A stretch of 64,000 bases of DNA from Candidatus Thorarchaeota archaeon (GCA_019057475.1 DXJO01000004.1:64001-128000), one strand, 5' to 3'. Positions 49,248 through 60,449 are shown, counted from the stretch's first letter. Translations and numbers: made by a program. The notes: generated from the letters alone by a model not told the origin.

Positions 49248-49676
49248 ATGGAAATAGCTAAGTACGAAGACATCAGAATTGGACAGCATGCAGAATATGT
49301 ACGCACAGTTACATCCGAGGATATTGAGATGTTTGGTCAGGTAAGTGGCGATTACAACCCACTTCACTTCGATGAGGATTGGGCGAAGACAACGATGTTC
49401 AAGGGTCGAATCGCGCATGGAATACTGACCGCCACCTACGTAAGCACGGTGATTGGGATGAAACTTCCTGGTCCTGGAACTATCTACATAAGTCAAAGCA
49501 TGAAGTTTCGACGACCAGTCCGAATTGGTGATAAAATCACTGCTCGTGTTGAAGTCATAGATAAGACTGATGAAAAGGAATTCCTCACGTTGAAGACAGT
49601 CTGCATCAATCAAGAGGATAAGGTGGTTCTTGACGGAGAAGCTGTCGTCACCATGATGAGATTGGACCGCACGTGA
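49248..49676 (+). CDS. MaoC-like (R)-specific enoyl-CoA hydratase
   Basis: SGDYNPLHFD, RIAHG, LPGPGT, FRRPVRIGD; AAGGAGG SD. Confidence 0.92.
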   Translation: MEIAKYEDIRIGQHAEYVRTVTSEDIEMFGQVSGDYNPLHFDEDWAKTTMFKGRIAHGILTATYVSTVIGMKLPGPGTIYISQSMKFRRPVRIGDKITARVEVIDKTDEKEFLTLKTVCINQEDKVVLDGEAVVTMMRLDRT

Positions 49677-49940
49677 AACGCTGGATGATTTAACTCCCGG
49701 ATAGTGCGCATTGATTCTATATGTAATGGATATGGGGTACCAGCTTTAATCGTGGCACAAGATATCGCCACCAGAAGCCCATGAAAGGGTTCAGGTAGTC
49801 CTTCTTTCTAAGGTCGACGATAGACGAAAACCAGTCCGGCCATCGTTGCGTCCTTGACTTTTGTTTCCGATGCGAAATCATTAATATGGTGAAGCTAATA
49901 GATTGCTGTTGCATTCCGTAATTGAATGAGGTAGAGGACC

Positions 49941-50846
49941 TTGGGCGAGGAATCTAATGAAGATGTACTTCCTATCATTCGCTTAACCGTGCGTCTAAAC
50001 AAACCTGTTGAAGACGTATGGGAAATACTCACAAACCCACTCCTGATGATTCAGTGGTTGGGCAATGAGATAACAGCAGACATCAAGCTTGGAGGCACCA
50101 TACGCTTCATGGGCAAAAATGCTCCAACGATTCCTGAGATGGCGGATTACTGGGAGATAAAGAGGCTGAAGGATAAGAGGGCCATTCTGTGTAGCTGGCG
50201 GATTATGGGGGTTGACACTCTTTTCGTTCTGCGACTCACGAAGTCCGATGGCGGCTCGATATTGGAAGTAAAGCATGGTGCTGTTCCGAGGGAGGCGAGA
50301 AATCTCTATCTTCCTGAGCACTGGAATGTGATGTTCGCCAATCTGAAGGCCTCGTTGGAGCTTGGCGAGCCGGCTCTCCGATTCGACTATTCTAATTACA
50401 GACCGTTGAGTACCACTCGATACGACCCTGTCGATTTGCGCCTTAGTGTGCGGATTAACACTCCACCACAGTTGCCTTTCGATGCCTTCTCAAACCCCGA
50501 GAAACTCAGTCATTTCATTAGGGCCGACAAACCAAAGGTTGACCTTCGCTATGCTGGCATTTTCACCTGGTGGGCCGAAGGCAAGGGGCCCGTTGTATTC
50601 ACCAAGGTGGAGCAAGACCGTGAGCTGGAGTTCTCCTGGGTCTACCTAGATGAGAAAGAAACGCGTGTCAACATTCGATTTGTCCCAGTTGATGATAGTA
50701 CCGTTGTGACCCTTCATCATTATGGGTTTGAAAAACCCGAGGATGTCATTGGCTATCGCATTGGCTGGTCAAGCATGCTCGCTGAGCTCAAGCTCGTCTG
50801 CGAGCTTGGAGAATCAGGCGTAACAAGGCTGGCAGATTGGACTTAA
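49941..50846 (+). CDS. Tandem SRPBCC/AHSA1-like domain protein
   Basis: Two repeats each with PxExVW/F..LTxP and ending HxG....GWxxxLxxLK. Confidence 0.8.
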   Translation: MGEESNEDVLPIIRLTVRLNKPVEDVWEILTNPLLMIQWLGNEITADIKLGGTIRFMGKNAPTIPEMADYWEIKRLKDKRAILCSWRIMGVDTLFVLRLTKSDGGSILEVKHGAVPREARNLYLPEHWNVMFANLKASLELGEPALRFDYSNYRPLSTTRYDPVDLRLSVRINTPPQLPFDAFSNPEKLSHFIRADKPKVDLRYAGIFTWWAEGKGPVVFTKVEQDRELEFSWVYLDEKETRVNIRFVPVDDSTVVTLHHYGFEKPEDVIGYRIGWSSMLAELKLVCELGESGVTRLADWT

Positions 50847-50859
50847 ATCAGCAGGACGC

Positions 50860-51600
50860 CTACATCCCGAAGATAACCAGTCCTGGGAACAATAGAGCCC
50901 ACATCAACAGAGCAGTGGCAAATGGAATCGCGAAATTATCGATCCAGCCAATACTTAGTATTTCAACAATCGCTATGACCGCGCCAATCAACAGTATCTG
51001 CGGGATTACGCAAAGCGGGCATCCAATACTCGAATACAATGCAAGAGCGGTGAGGACAGCAATACTGGTGAACACCAAGACTGCAACACTCCCCTCCACT
51101 GACTTCTGCCCTAGTTTTCTCCTGACGTACTTACCGCCTAGCGGCCTTCCCACAGCCTCGCCTGCGGCGTCCCCCCATGATACCGCCAGTATGGATGCGA
51201 CGAATATCGATGGTTCAGGCATGAACACGATGAACACTGAAATGAACGCGATCATTCCCATGAAGGCGGATGCGAATGTGTTGAATCCGCTCTCGCCTTC
51301 TCTGCTACCTGAAATGAGCAATTCAGAGATCAGGTTGCTTTTGTGAGCCCACGCGTAGATGAGAACAGTGAGAAAAATACCCCCCGCAAGCGTCGGCCCA
51401 CTCAAGTTCGAGTAGGCAGGTACTGTTAGGGCGATAAATGTGCCTAGGGAAATATGGACTATCTTCCTTCCTTGCCACCTGGGTAGGCCTTTCAATGACA
51501 TCTTGAAAACTATTGCGAGAACAGCGAATGACAAGATACCCGTGAGCCCCGCCATGACAAGGTCCATGGTGGTCATGTTACCGAAGACAAGCTCAACCAT
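50860..51600 (-). CDS. Polyprenol/phytol/dolichol kinase-like (CTP-dependent) membrane protein
   Basis: RKIVHI, SWGDAAGEAVG, KSVEGS, DNFAIP. Confidence 0.88.
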   Translation of the reverse strand: MVELVFGNMTTMDLVMAGLTGILSFAVLAIVFKMSLKGLPRWQGRKIVHISLGTFIALTVPAYSNLSGPTLAGGIFLTVLIYAWAHKSNLISELLISGSREGESGFNTFASAFMGMIAFISVFIVFMPEPSIFVASILAVSWGDAAGEAVGRPLGGKYVRRKLGQKSVEGSVAVLVFTSIAVLTALALYSSIGCPLCVIPQILLIGAVIAIVEILSIGWIDNFAIPFATALLMWALLFPGLVIFGM

Positions 51601-51817
51601 GTTGCTTCTTCCATTTCGCTTACTGACTTGCATATGTGTTTATTCATGCGCAACATCACGTGCTTGAAATGTGGGTGTTCTTGCATTGAATTCTGACTAG
51701 ATTCGGCGGAAATAATCTATCAACGCTAGCCTTATTTTGTCTATTTGCGTACGCATTGAATTGCAGATTCGAATATCTGGACTGGTGGCGGGTTTCAGTC
51801 TGTTGGTAGTATGAATC

Positions 51818-52408
51818 ATGAAACCTCGGATTCCCCGAATGATGACCTATAAGACAGTGCTCATCGGCGATGGGGCAGTCGGGAAAACATCCATCCGACG
51901 CGCCTACATGGGGAAGGAATTCATGTCAAGTCATCTCGCGACCATAGGAGTCGATTTTGCTCAGAAACATATTCAAATCGAAGACGAAACCGTTCGATTC
52001 ATTATTTGGGATCTAGCGGGTCAGCCAACGTTTGAAAGAGTCCGACGACACTACTATCAAGGGTCTCATAGTCTCATTCTTGTGTACTCCGTGGTTGACC
52101 GTGAAACCTTCGATAACGCTTCCAAATGGCTCGTAGAGGCGTACAAGTACATGGGGCAACTCCCGCCTACGGCAGTCATAGGGAATAAGATTGACCTCCG
52201 GTGGGGGTACCCGCGAGAGGATGTCATTTCAACTGAAGAAGGTCGAGAGTTTACTGAATACTTCATCGAGAAACTGGAAGTGGACGCGATATTCAGGGAA
52301 ACGTCCGCACTGACCGGTGTGAGTATCCAAGATATGTTCACCGAGCTGCTCAAGATGATGAGCAAGGACGCCGCAAAAACTCCTTCACCAGTGGATTCAT
52401 CGGTTTAA
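51818..52408 (+). CDS. Rab-like small GTPase
   Basis: GDGAVGKTS, TIGVDF, WDLAGQ, GNKID, ETSAL. Confidence 0.93.
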   Translation: MKPRIPRMMTYKTVLIGDGAVGKTSIRRAYMGKEFMSSHLATIGVDFAQKHIQIEDETVRFIIWDLAGQPTFERVRRHYYQGSHSLILVYSVVDRETFDNASKWLVEAYKYMGQLPPTAVIGNKIDLRWGYPREDVISTEEGREFTEYFIEKLEVDAIFRETSALTGVSIQDMFTELLKMMSKDAAKTPSPVDSSV

Positions 52409-52495
52409 ACCTATGATAATGACATCTCACCGGTGCTATCTGCTTTGGTGCCGATCGAGGTAACCTCCATAAGGCCTGGTGTGTGGAACTACGAT

Positions 52496-53728
52496 ATGCT
52501 TGAGGTTTCTCAAGAACAGGCTCAGCGATTCATCCTCGATGTTCAAGGACTCAGGACTGAGAAGCCATCCGAATCCATACTTAAAGTTGTCAGGCGGATT
52601 CACAATATCCAAATCGACACAATATCCGTTGTCACAAGAAGTCACGATCTAACCATCTTCTGCAGATTACCGAGCTACAAGGAAGGCGAGGTATGGGGTT
52701 TCGAACGTCGCGGCAAGCTGTTCGAGTTCTGGTCACATGCAATGTGTCTGATCCCAATGGAGTCCTTTCCATTCTACGCTTGGAAGATGGAGCAGCTAAG
52801 CAAGCAGACTACAGGTTGGCTGATTGAGTGGGGTGTGAAGAACAAGGACACTGTTGAAGCAGTCTATCGTCACGTGAAGAAGAACGGTCCGACCCAAAGC
52901 GCCAGTTTGGGTGCGAGAAAGAAAGGGAGCAACGGCTGGTGGGAATGGAAAGCAGAGAAACGCGCCTTAGAGCATTTGTTCACAGTAGGGCGCCTCATGG
53001 TTGCCTACCGAAAGGGGTTCCAGAAATACTACGATCTCAGGGAGAGAGTGCTCCCGTCCGGTCAAGATTCAGAACCCATGACGGACGAGAAAGTGGCCAA
53101 CTTTGTGGTTCAAACAACTCTTGGTTCCCTGGGTCTAGCGAGCTACGAGGATATCAAGGTCTACCTAGGTCGAATGCCCGCACGTATTTTGTGGAAAAGC
53201 AGTCGAACAGCAATAGAAGGGTATCTTGACAATCTTCGTCAAGGTGGAGTTGTGGAAGAGGTATCTGTCACCGGTCTCGGAAATCGCTATTTCGTTCTCG
53301 GAAAGAATCACGATGTACTTGTGAACTCAGTCGACAACCCACTGAATAACGAAGCAGCACTCATCCTTAGCCCCTTTGACAACATAATGAGGGAGCGTCA
53401 CCGTCCTCGAAAGATGTGGGGCTTCGAGTACAAGCTGGAAGCCTACACTCAGGCAGCGAAGCGCGTTTACGGTTACTATGTGCTTCCGATTCTTGACGGC
53501 CACGAGCTAATAGGACGGATGGATGCCAAGAAACATCGGGATGAAGGACTGCTGGAAGTCAAGGTGCTGCATTTCCAGAAAGGCCGCGCAAGTGACAGCT
53601 CTCTAGTTGAACGCGTGGCAATGGGTATCATGAACTTCATGCAGTTTCAGGGATGCAGCCGCGTGAAGATAGGAGCGACCCACCCCCGAATTGCGAAGCG
53701 TGCACTGATGCAACATCTTGAGTTGTGA
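52496..53728 (+). CDS. YcaQ/AlkZ-like crosslink-repair DNA glycosylase (HTH_42)
   Basis: IQIDTISVV, FEFWSHA, GWWEW, LSPFDN, YKLEAY...KRVYGYYVLP, GRMDAK. Confidence 0.9.
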   Translation: MLEVSQEQAQRFILDVQGLRTEKPSESILKVVRRIHNIQIDTISVVTRSHDLTIFCRLPSYKEGEVWGFERRGKLFEFWSHAMCLIPMESFPFYAWKMEQLSKQTTGWLIEWGVKNKDTVEAVYRHVKKNGPTQSASLGARKKGSNGWWEWKAEKRALEHLFTVGRLMVAYRKGFQKYYDLRERVLPSGQDSEPMTDEKVANFVVQTTLGSLGLASYEDIKVYLGRMPARILWKSSRTAIEGYLDNLRQGGVVEEVSVTGLGNRYFVLGKNHDVLVNSVDNPLNNEAALILSPFDNIMRERHRPRKMWGFEYKLEAYTQAAKRVYGYYVLPILDGHELIGRMDAKKHRDEGLLEVKVLHFQKGRASDSSLVERVAMGIMNFMQFQGCSRVKIGATHPRIAKRALMQHLEL

Positions 53729-53736
53729 CGTATTAG

Positions 53737-54702
53737 CTAAGGATCACTGGTCTTCCACGCGTAGTACTCCTGAGTATGAATCTGTTCAAAACCATACATC
53801 TTGTACAGGTTTACTGCAGGAGTATTATCAACATCTGCTTCTAATTGTGCGAACTTCACATTTTCCTCTTGTAGGCGGACAATTGTTTCATGAAGCACCG
53901 CTTTCATTATGCCCCTTCTCCAATACTTCGGAACAACTCCTACAGGACCAATTTCGACACTTTCTTCCTCTGGTCGAACAATGGAGAATCCTACAACCTT
54001 TTCATCCATCAAAACAAGAACTGATGCTCTATGTAATGGTCTGTTTCTGTTGAACCAGTAGTTGAAGGCAGTCTTTTGCTGTGTTTCCGTCACATCTAGA
54101 AACAGTCGATCTTTTCCATGTCTGAAAGAATCAAAGAAAGGGCTCTCGATATCCTTGTTTTCTACCTTGCCTATCTCTTCTATTCTGAAACCATCTGGGA
54201 GCGCTGGTGGTGCAGAGGGTAGAGTGAGGCTTTCTAAATCAACTCTCATGAATACTTCTTTGGTGGCTCTATGAAAACCTGAGGTGTCGTACCATGATTT
54301 ATACTCATCTCGAGCTTTGAGGATTGAATCTTGTATTGGACTAAGGTTCACCTCAAGTCGTTCTAATCCTGTTTCTTTGACATACTCTTTGCATGCGTGA
54401 ATCAATGATTGAGCCAACCAAGCTCTATTAGTGGTCCGCTTCACAATTGGATGCCAATTGCTGATGAAGGCCATATCAGGGGACCCTGTGTATAATTGCA
54501 TGGCACCGACTATCTCATCGCCGCTTACAGCAAGGATTCCAATATTGTGGTCATCTTGCGTCAGCTCTCCTAGCAATCTTTCAATCCTATCAAGGGTCCT
54601 AGTGTCCGAGTAAAACTGCGATGCTTGTCTTGTTTTGAATGTGAACTCTGACAGCTTCTTTAGATCTACATCCTTGAGTTTGTCTATTGCTATCTTGACC
54701 GT
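53737..54702 (-). CDS. Tandem GNAT acetyltransferase (start codon uncertain)
   Basis: VGVVPKYWRRGI, NTPAVNLYKMYGF; second degenerate GNAT domain at the N-terminus; the upstream ORF extension overlaps another reading frame. Confidence 0.8.
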   Translation of the reverse strand, partial: TVKIAIDKLKDVDLKKLSEFTFKTRQASQFYSDTRTLDRIERLLGELTQDDHNIGILAVSGDEIVGAMQLYTGSPDMAFISNWHPIVKRTTNRAWLAQSLIHACKEYVKETGLERLEVNLSPIQDSILKARDEYKSWYDTSGFHRATKEVFMRVDLESLTLPSAPPALPDGFRIEEIGKVENKDIESPFFDSFRHGKDRLFLDVTETQQKTAFNYWFNRNRPLHRASVLVLMDEKVVGFSIVRPEEESVEIGPVGVVPKYWRRGIMKAVLHETIVRLQEENVKFAQLEADVDNTPAVNLYKMYGFEQIHTQEYYAWKTSDP

Positions 54703-54773
54703 AGGAGCACGCTCCTTGACTACTGAGGTGCCAACACGTGATTCCGATTCTGGAATATAGTTTCCGGATGAAT

Positions 54774-55177
54774 CTAGGTTGTTTCCTGCTTTGGCCGAAT
54801 GATGAAGATGTAGACCAGTACAACAATCACTACGACCACAACGATGGCACCAATGATCAATGGCGTCACGTCTGCAGGGGGCGTTGTCACTATCGCAGCA
54901 GCCACCACGATGTAGCTGAAGTAGTCTGAACAATTGAGCGCAGTAATGGTTTTCCCGAACGTGTCCTCAGCAGTGATGTAGTATTCAACCACTGAATCCT
55001 CTGGCTGCCCAGGGATGGATGCGTTATAGCTGTCGTCGGGAATTGAACTCATCTCCAGATTGGTCCAAGACCCTTCATCTGCCCTGTAGTAGAGCCTGAC
55101 CGTGTCCAGGCTTGGGTCGATGACGATAGCCACATTAGAACCATAAGTAGCGCGAAGCGTTTCAGATTCGAGTTCAT
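54774..55177 (-). pseudogene. Internally deleted cell-surface protein (signal-peptide start out of frame with an Ig-like domain and C-terminal TM anchor)
   Basis: AGGAGA SD plus MNSNLKRFALLMVL at 55177; in another frame VRLYY..DEGSW...YNASIPGQPEDSVVEYYITAED...TTPP..LIIGAIVVVVVIVVLVYIFIIRPK. Confidence 0.6.
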
Positions 55178-55463
55178 TTTTCTTTCTCCTAAGAACAACT
55201 GAAGAGCGTGATAACAAGACCGTCGGAAATCTGCCCTTACCTGTTCTTTGTGCGTGCCCTTGACGTGTTCTGAAAGGCAATCCGCAATCAGGAGGGTGCA
55301 TACTCGCAAGAGCGCGCCGATTCTGTACGATTCGCTAACCTTATTTCCTCGAATTACCAATACCTGAAGTGCCAAAACGTTATCGGGAGGTTCAAGCGGG
55401 CCATCATCTATTGATAGTGGACCCAAGCAGGTTCTCCCGAGTCGGTGGAGAGGAGCATTTCAA

Positions 55464-56063
55464 ATGAAAGACCAGGACGACGGCAGTAGAGTACTAAAAG
55501 CTGTGTTGATCGGTGACGGGGCTGTGGGCAAGACTAGCATCAGGCGCAACTACCTGGGCGAGGACTTCTTAGAGGGCCATCTTGCGACCATTGGCGTGGA
55601 CCTTGCAACAAAGCGCGTTCTGTTTGATCAGGAAGTCGTGAAATTTATTCTCTGGGATCTCGCGGGGCAGCCAACGTTCGAGAAGGTTCGAGGGCATTAT
55701 TACCACGGGTCCAACGGGATAATTCTCGTGTATAGTGTCGTCAATAGGGACTCGTTCGACAATGCATCAAAGTGGTTTGTCGAGGCCTATCGGAACATGG
55801 GCACTCTACCGCCGACAGTTATCGTGGCTAACAAGATTGATCTGCTGCCTGGAGCAGATGCGTCCAAGGTTGTCACTACGGAGGAGGGCAAAGCCTTTAC
55901 CAAGTACTTCATTGACAAGCTAGAAGTTCCGGCGGTGTTCATCGAAACCTCAGCAAAGACCGGCGAGAACATCCAAGACACATTCACTCACCTGCTCAAG
56001 ATGATGTCACAGGCGGAGCAGGATGACGAGTCCGGAATCTTTCAGGGTGACCCTGGGATCTAG
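55464..56063 (+). CDS. Rab-like small GTPase, paralog of 51818
   Basis: GDGAVGKTS, TIGVDL, WDLAGQPTFE, ANKID, ETSAK. Confidence 0.93.
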   Translation: MKDQDDGSRVLKAVLIGDGAVGKTSIRRNYLGEDFLEGHLATIGVDLATKRVLFDQEVVKFILWDLAGQPTFEKVRGHYYHGSNGIILVYSVVNRDSFDNASKWFVEAYRNMGTLPPTVIVANKIDLLPGADASKVVTTEEGKAFTKYFIDKLEVPAVFIETSAKTGENIQDTFTHLLKMMSQAEQDDESGIFQGDPGI

Positions 56064-56273
56064 TCCTCTACAAAGGCGAGAAACTTCCCTATCGTAAGGG
56101 TTATTGCATTCCGAGAGCATCCCATTTTAACCATTGTTATCTCCCAAATGTATGTATACGTGGTTAGGAGGGGGATTCGTTGGGGATTGACTATTTTTCG
56201 TTCTAATTGAGTAAAATGTATATCTCAAAGACAGGGATAAATCAGAAGAGCAACAGTTTAGGGAGAGAGAATA

Positions 56274-57017
56274 TTGTTTAGTAGTAAAGGAAAAGTTGCA
56301 GTGGTAACAGGCTCCGCAGGACGCGGGATGGGAAGAAGCATAGCTCTTACTCTTGCACGTGAAGGAGCAAGTGTGGTTGTCAACTATCTGAATAGCAAGA
56401 GTAGAGCCAGTGCAATTGTTGACTACATTGAAGACAATGGCGGGAGTGCAATATCTATTCAAGCCAATGTATTCGTGAAGGATGGTTGTGAAAAACTAAT
56501 AGATGCAGCCATCAAGGAATTTGAGAAAGTTGATATCTGCATAATCAATCCGGGTGCAGGTTGGCACCCTGAACCCCTAGATGTCTTTGACCCCGTTCTA
56601 GCTCTTGAAGATTTGATTCAAGAGATTGCACCTTTCTTTCATCTGATGCGTTTACTTCTGCCTGAGATGTATAAAAGACGATGGGGACGTCTTATTGGTA
56701 TCACATTACATCCTGTGCAAAATTCTCCATCATACTCTTACAACGTTGGGAAAGCTGCTAGACTGCAAGCAATACATCTCGCCTATGAGGAAGCATGGGA
56801 ACAGGGAGTAACAATCAATGCAATAGCGCCAGGACCCGTATCACCTTTTGAGAGCTTTGAACAAGCTGTCGCATATTACAATCATGAAAAAGAGTGGCTA
56901 GAGAGGAGAGATGTGACTCCGCAGGATATTGCTGAGAGTATAGCATTCCTTTGTTCAGAGGTAGGAAGTTACATCTCTGGGAGTGTCATACCCTTTATGT
57001 TCCACAAGAAGAGGTAG
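56274..57017 (+). CDS. Short-chain dehydrogenase/reductase (FabG-like)
   Basis: VTGSAGRGMG, YNVGK (YxxxK), NAIAPG. Confidence 0.85.
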   Translation: MFSSKGKVAVVTGSAGRGMGRSIALTLAREGASVVVNYLNSKSRASAIVDYIEDNGGSAISIQANVFVKDGCEKLIDAAIKEFEKVDICIINPGAGWHPEPLDVFDPVLALEDLIQEIAPFFHLMRLLLPEMYKRRWGRLIGITLHPVQNSPSYSYNVGKAARLQAIHLAYEEAWEQGVTINAIAPGPVSPFESFEQAVAYYNHEKEWLERRDVTPQDIAESIAFLCSEVGSYISGSVIPFMFHKKR

Positions 57018-57193
57018 AATTAGCGCTTGAAGTATAATGCAGAAAGATCATCAAGGAATAGGGGTATTCATTATCGCTTGGATTTCAACAAATCTCGCAT
57101 GGAGTTGAGATAGATTGAGCGTTGAACTTCCAGACGAATCTTGACGGATCCTACCTACTGGCTGCATATTTTAGATTATCAAGAGGCTTTCAA

Positions 57194-57580
57194 TCATGTT
57201 TCAGTCGCTACTATGAATTGACTTCTAACGCCTGGTGTCAAGAGATAGACAATGATTGCGATGGACAATGCTATGCTTAGGATGCTGTTGAATAAAGTAA
57301 TGCTGGCTGAAGGGATGTCCATCAGCACTCTAATCAGTATCCCAAGCAATAATACCGCATTTGTCAAGACATTCCCCCACCACGCCCAAGAATGCAGAGC
57401 ATCAAGTGCCCATCCCATGGCGATGAGGACTACACCATAACCTATCAACAGGAGTCCATTGACTATGTGAAAGAACAACACTAGTAGACCCAGTACAGAA
57501 AACCCCATTCCATATAAGATCTCCAGGGTGGCAATCATGCCTACACCCCTAGGGCTATCTGACGACCTTGTACCTTTCAA
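57194..57580 (-). CDS. Small 4-TM membrane protein
   Basis: PRGV..IA.LE, WAWW, IIVYLLTPGVR..F. Confidence 0.7.
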   Translation of the reverse strand: MKGTRSSDSPRGVGMIATLEILYGMGFSVLGLLVLFFHIVNGLLLIGYGVVLIAMGWALDALHSWAWWGNVLTNAVLLLGILIRVLMDIPSASITLFNSILSIALSIAIIVYLLTPGVRSQFIVATET

Positions 57581-57800
57581 CTTAGCTTTCCCTCCACATC
57601 CTAAGCTTCAATGGCTCCGTCACCTAATAATCATACAGTGGGTCCGCTGCTATGAAGGGAAAGGCGACCTTGTACTACTTGTTTATTCAATGGAATATCG
57701 CCAAGAATACTAGGTCCCAAAGCCATAAGTATTTAACTATTGTGCATTATTGTTTTACCATTGTTAACCAACAGTGGCTTTTTTCACTATTCGCGGACTG

Positions 57801-60449
57801 ATGAAATTGAGCAAAACAACAGAAGCCAAAGACAAGAAGAAACGCATATCCATGAAGATTGAGGGGATGCACTGCGCTTCTTGTGTGGCATCAATCGAAA
57901 AATCACTACTGGCACAAAACGGTGTCATTCGAGCAACGATTAGCCTCTTGGATGAGAAGGCTGTTATCGAGTACGAACCAAAACAAGTAGACAGAGCTTC
58001 TCTAGAGAAAGCGATCGAGTCAACTGGCTATCGTCCGATGCGACCGGCAATGACATTCAGGCTCGCTCAGAAACCAACCGAAGAAGAATGGGGACTGATT
58101 CCCTCGCGAATTGGTGATATTGATGGCGTGCTCAACGTGGATACATTTCCGAAATCCAGCCGCATTATTGTGGAGTATGACGAGGACCTTGTCACACTCA
58201 AGATAGTAAACCGCGCCCTGAAAGAGATGGGACTAGAGATAGAGGAAGGTGCTGTATCACACTCGGATAGGGAAACCCTGGCAAGGGAGAAGGAGGTCCA
58301 GTACTATTCCAGACTGTTGGCTTTCTCCCTAGTTCTTACAATTCCTGTAGTTCTAATTCATTTCGGCCTTCTTGCACCGTATCTTCCAGCGGATTTTCCA
58401 CACAATCTAGTCATGTTCGTTCTGACAACACCGATTCAGTTCATCGCTGGCTATCCTTTTCTCAAGTCGGCTCTTAGAGCTGCACGCCACGCCAAAACGA
58501 ACATGGACACTCTCATCATGATTGGAACAAGTGCGGCCTACTTCTATTCAGTTGCGACCACATTCATTCTGACGGGATACTCCTCATTCTATGACACTGC
58601 AGCACTGTTAATTACGTTCATACTGCTAGGTCGAACACTCGAGGCTATAGCAAAAGGCAGGACATCAAGAGCCATTCGAAGCCTCATGGACCTTCAAGCA
58701 AAGGTTGCAGTAGTGGTGAGGGATGGAAAGGAAATCAAGATCCCAATTGAGGAAGTCGAAGTAGGTGATGTCGTACTGGTTCGGCCCGGTGACAAGATTC
58801 CTATCGATGGCGAGGTTGTAGAGGGCAAGTCTAGAGTCGACGAATCAATGATTACTGGTGAACCAGCGCCGGTAAGCAAGAGTGTTGGCGACTCAGTAGT
58901 TGGCGCGACAGTGAACAAGAATGGCGTTCTCAAAGTCCGAGCAACAAAAGTCGGCAAAGATACTGTTCTTTCGCAGATTGTGAAAATGGTTGAGGATGCC
59001 CAGACCAACAAGCCTCCTATCCAGCGCAAGGCCGACGCCATCGCGAATGTATTCACGCCAGTTGTCTTGACGATATCGATTGCCACTTTCCTGTTGTGGG
59101 CCGTGGTTTTGGGCCAGGACTGGACTCTGGCGCTGAGCTTTTCGATAGCTGTGCTTGTAGCAGCTTGTCCGTGTGCCCTTGGTCTTGCTACACCCACGGC
59201 AATAATGGTGGGCATTGGAAAGGGTGCTCAACATGGCATCTTAATCAAGACCGGCTCAGGCCTTGAAGTCATTCCCACTATCGATACTATCGTTTTTGAC
59301 AAGACCGGAACTCTTACGATAGGGAAACCTACCGTCACTGACATACTTGCAGTATCTGAAGCCAATGAAGAGGATGTGCTCCGCCTAGTTGCGGCTGTGG
59401 AGAAGAACAGCGAGCATCCACTAGCGGAGGCAATCGTTTACTATGCTGAGGAGCAGGGGATAGAGATTCCGCAAGCTAGTGATTTTGTGTCAATGACAGG
59501 GTTAGGAGTCCAAGCGACAGTTGAAGGCGCTACTCTTCTCGTTGGCAACGATCGCCTGATGAGTGAGAATTCAGTAGAGTTTGGAGACCTTCAAGAACAC
59601 GCTTCGATGCTTCAGGAACAGGGGAGGACAACAGTCTTCATCTCCGCTGATGGGAAGCCACTGGCCGTCCTGGGGATTGCAGATAAGCTGAAGGACACCT
59701 CTGCCCATGCTGTAAGGGCATTGCAGAAGAAGGGCATCAATGTCTGGATGATTACAGGCGACAAGACGAAGACAGCTCAAGCAATCGCCACTTCGATAGG
59801 CATCAAGAATGTAATGGCTGAGGTGATGCCGGCAGAGAAGGCGAGCAAGATTAAACAGCTTCAATCTGAAGGACACGTTGTAGCAATGACTGGCGACGGT
59901 ATCAATGACGCTCCCGCTCTTGCACAGGCTGATATTGGGATTGCTTTGGGCTCAGGAACTGATGTGTCTGTTGAAACAGGTGACATCGTTCTAGTGAAAG
60001 ACGACCTGATGGATGTGGTGTCAGGAATTGAGCTCGGGTCTAGAACAATGACCAAGATCAAACAGGGTTTCTTCTGGGCACTTATCTATAATATGGCATT
60101 GCTCCCGTTGGCAGCAGGTTTGCTTTATCCTGCTTTCGGGATTGTACTTCGCCCTGAGTTTGCAGGACTTGCTATGGCGCTCTCCAGTGTCAGTGTTGTT
60201 ACCAATGCGCTACTGCTCAACAGGTTCAAGCCGGCGAAGCACGAAGAGGGTCCTGATGCTGAACCAACATCGCAGGAAGCGGTTTCGAAGATTGCGATTG
60301 ATCCAATCTGCAAGATGGATGTGGACACTGCTTCTGCAGAGCTTTACAGTGACTACAATGGCAAGCGCTACTACTTCTGTGCTCCCTATTGCAAGACAAC
60401 TTTTGATGCTGATCCCAGCAAGTACGAAGGCCAAGATGTGAAACACTAG
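57801..60449 (+). CDS. copA: Cu(I)-exporting P1B-type ATPase with N-terminal HMA domains and C-terminal YHS/TRASH domain
   Basis: [51 protein letters not shown]; C-terminal DPICKM...YYFCAPYC. Confidence 0.95.
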   Translation: MKLSKTTEAKDKKKRISMKIEGMHCASCVASIEKSLLAQNGVIRATISLLDEKAVIEYEPKQVDRASLEKAIESTGYRPMRPAMTFRLAQKPTEEEWGLIPSRIGDIDGVLNVDTFPKSSRIIVEYDEDLVTLKIVNRALKEMGLEIEEGAVSHSDRETLAREKEVQYYSRLLAFSLVLTIPVVLIHFGLLAPYLPADFPHNLVMFVLTTPIQFIAGYPFLKSALRAARHAKTNMDTLIMIGTSAAYFYSVATTFILTGYSSFYDTAALLITFILLGRTLEAIAKGRTSRAIRSLMDLQAKVAVVVRDGKEIKIPIEEVEVGDVVLVRPGDKIPIDGEVVEGKSRVDESMITGEPAPVSKSVGDSVVGATVNKNGVLKVRATKVGKDTVLSQIVKMVEDAQTNKPPIQRKADAIANVFTPVVLTISIATFLLWAVVLGQDWTLALSFSIAVLVAACPCALGLATPTAIMVGIGKGAQHGILIKTGSGLEVIPTIDTIVFDKTGTLTIGKPTVTDILAVSEANEEDVLRLVAAVEKNSEHPLAEAIVYYAEEQGIEIPQASDFVSMTGLGVQATVEGATLLVGNDRLMSENSVEFGDLQEHASMLQEQGRTTVFISADGKPLAVLGIADKLKDTSAHAVRALQKKGINVWMITGDKTKTAQAIATSIGIKNVMAEVMPAEKASKIKQLQSEGHVVAMTGDGINDAPALAQADIGIALGSGTDVSVETGDIVLVKDDLMDVVSGIELGSRTMTKIKQGFFWALIYNMALLPLAAGLLYPAFGIVLRPEFAGLAMALSSVSVVTNALLLNRFKPAKHEEGPDAEPTSQEAVSKIAIDPICKMDVDTASAELYSDYNGKRYYFCAPYCKTTFDADPSKYEGQDVKH

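Noticed and set aside
49717-49914. 65-aa minus-strand ORF between MaoC and SRPBCC genes
   Set aside because: No recognisable motif or start signal; it may be a gene fragment but cannot be supported
38704-56063. A proto-CAAX processing pathway (M48 protease, ICMT-like methyltransferase, prenol kinase, small GTPases)
   Set aside because: The genes are scattered and not co-transcribed, each family is widespread in prokaryotes, the GTPases lack C-terminal cysteines, and there is no prenyltransferase
57736-57775. ATTGT repeats at about 11-bp spacing upstream of copA as a copper-regulator operator
   Set aside because: Short, AT-rich and not clearly palindromic; indistinguishable by eye from promoter background
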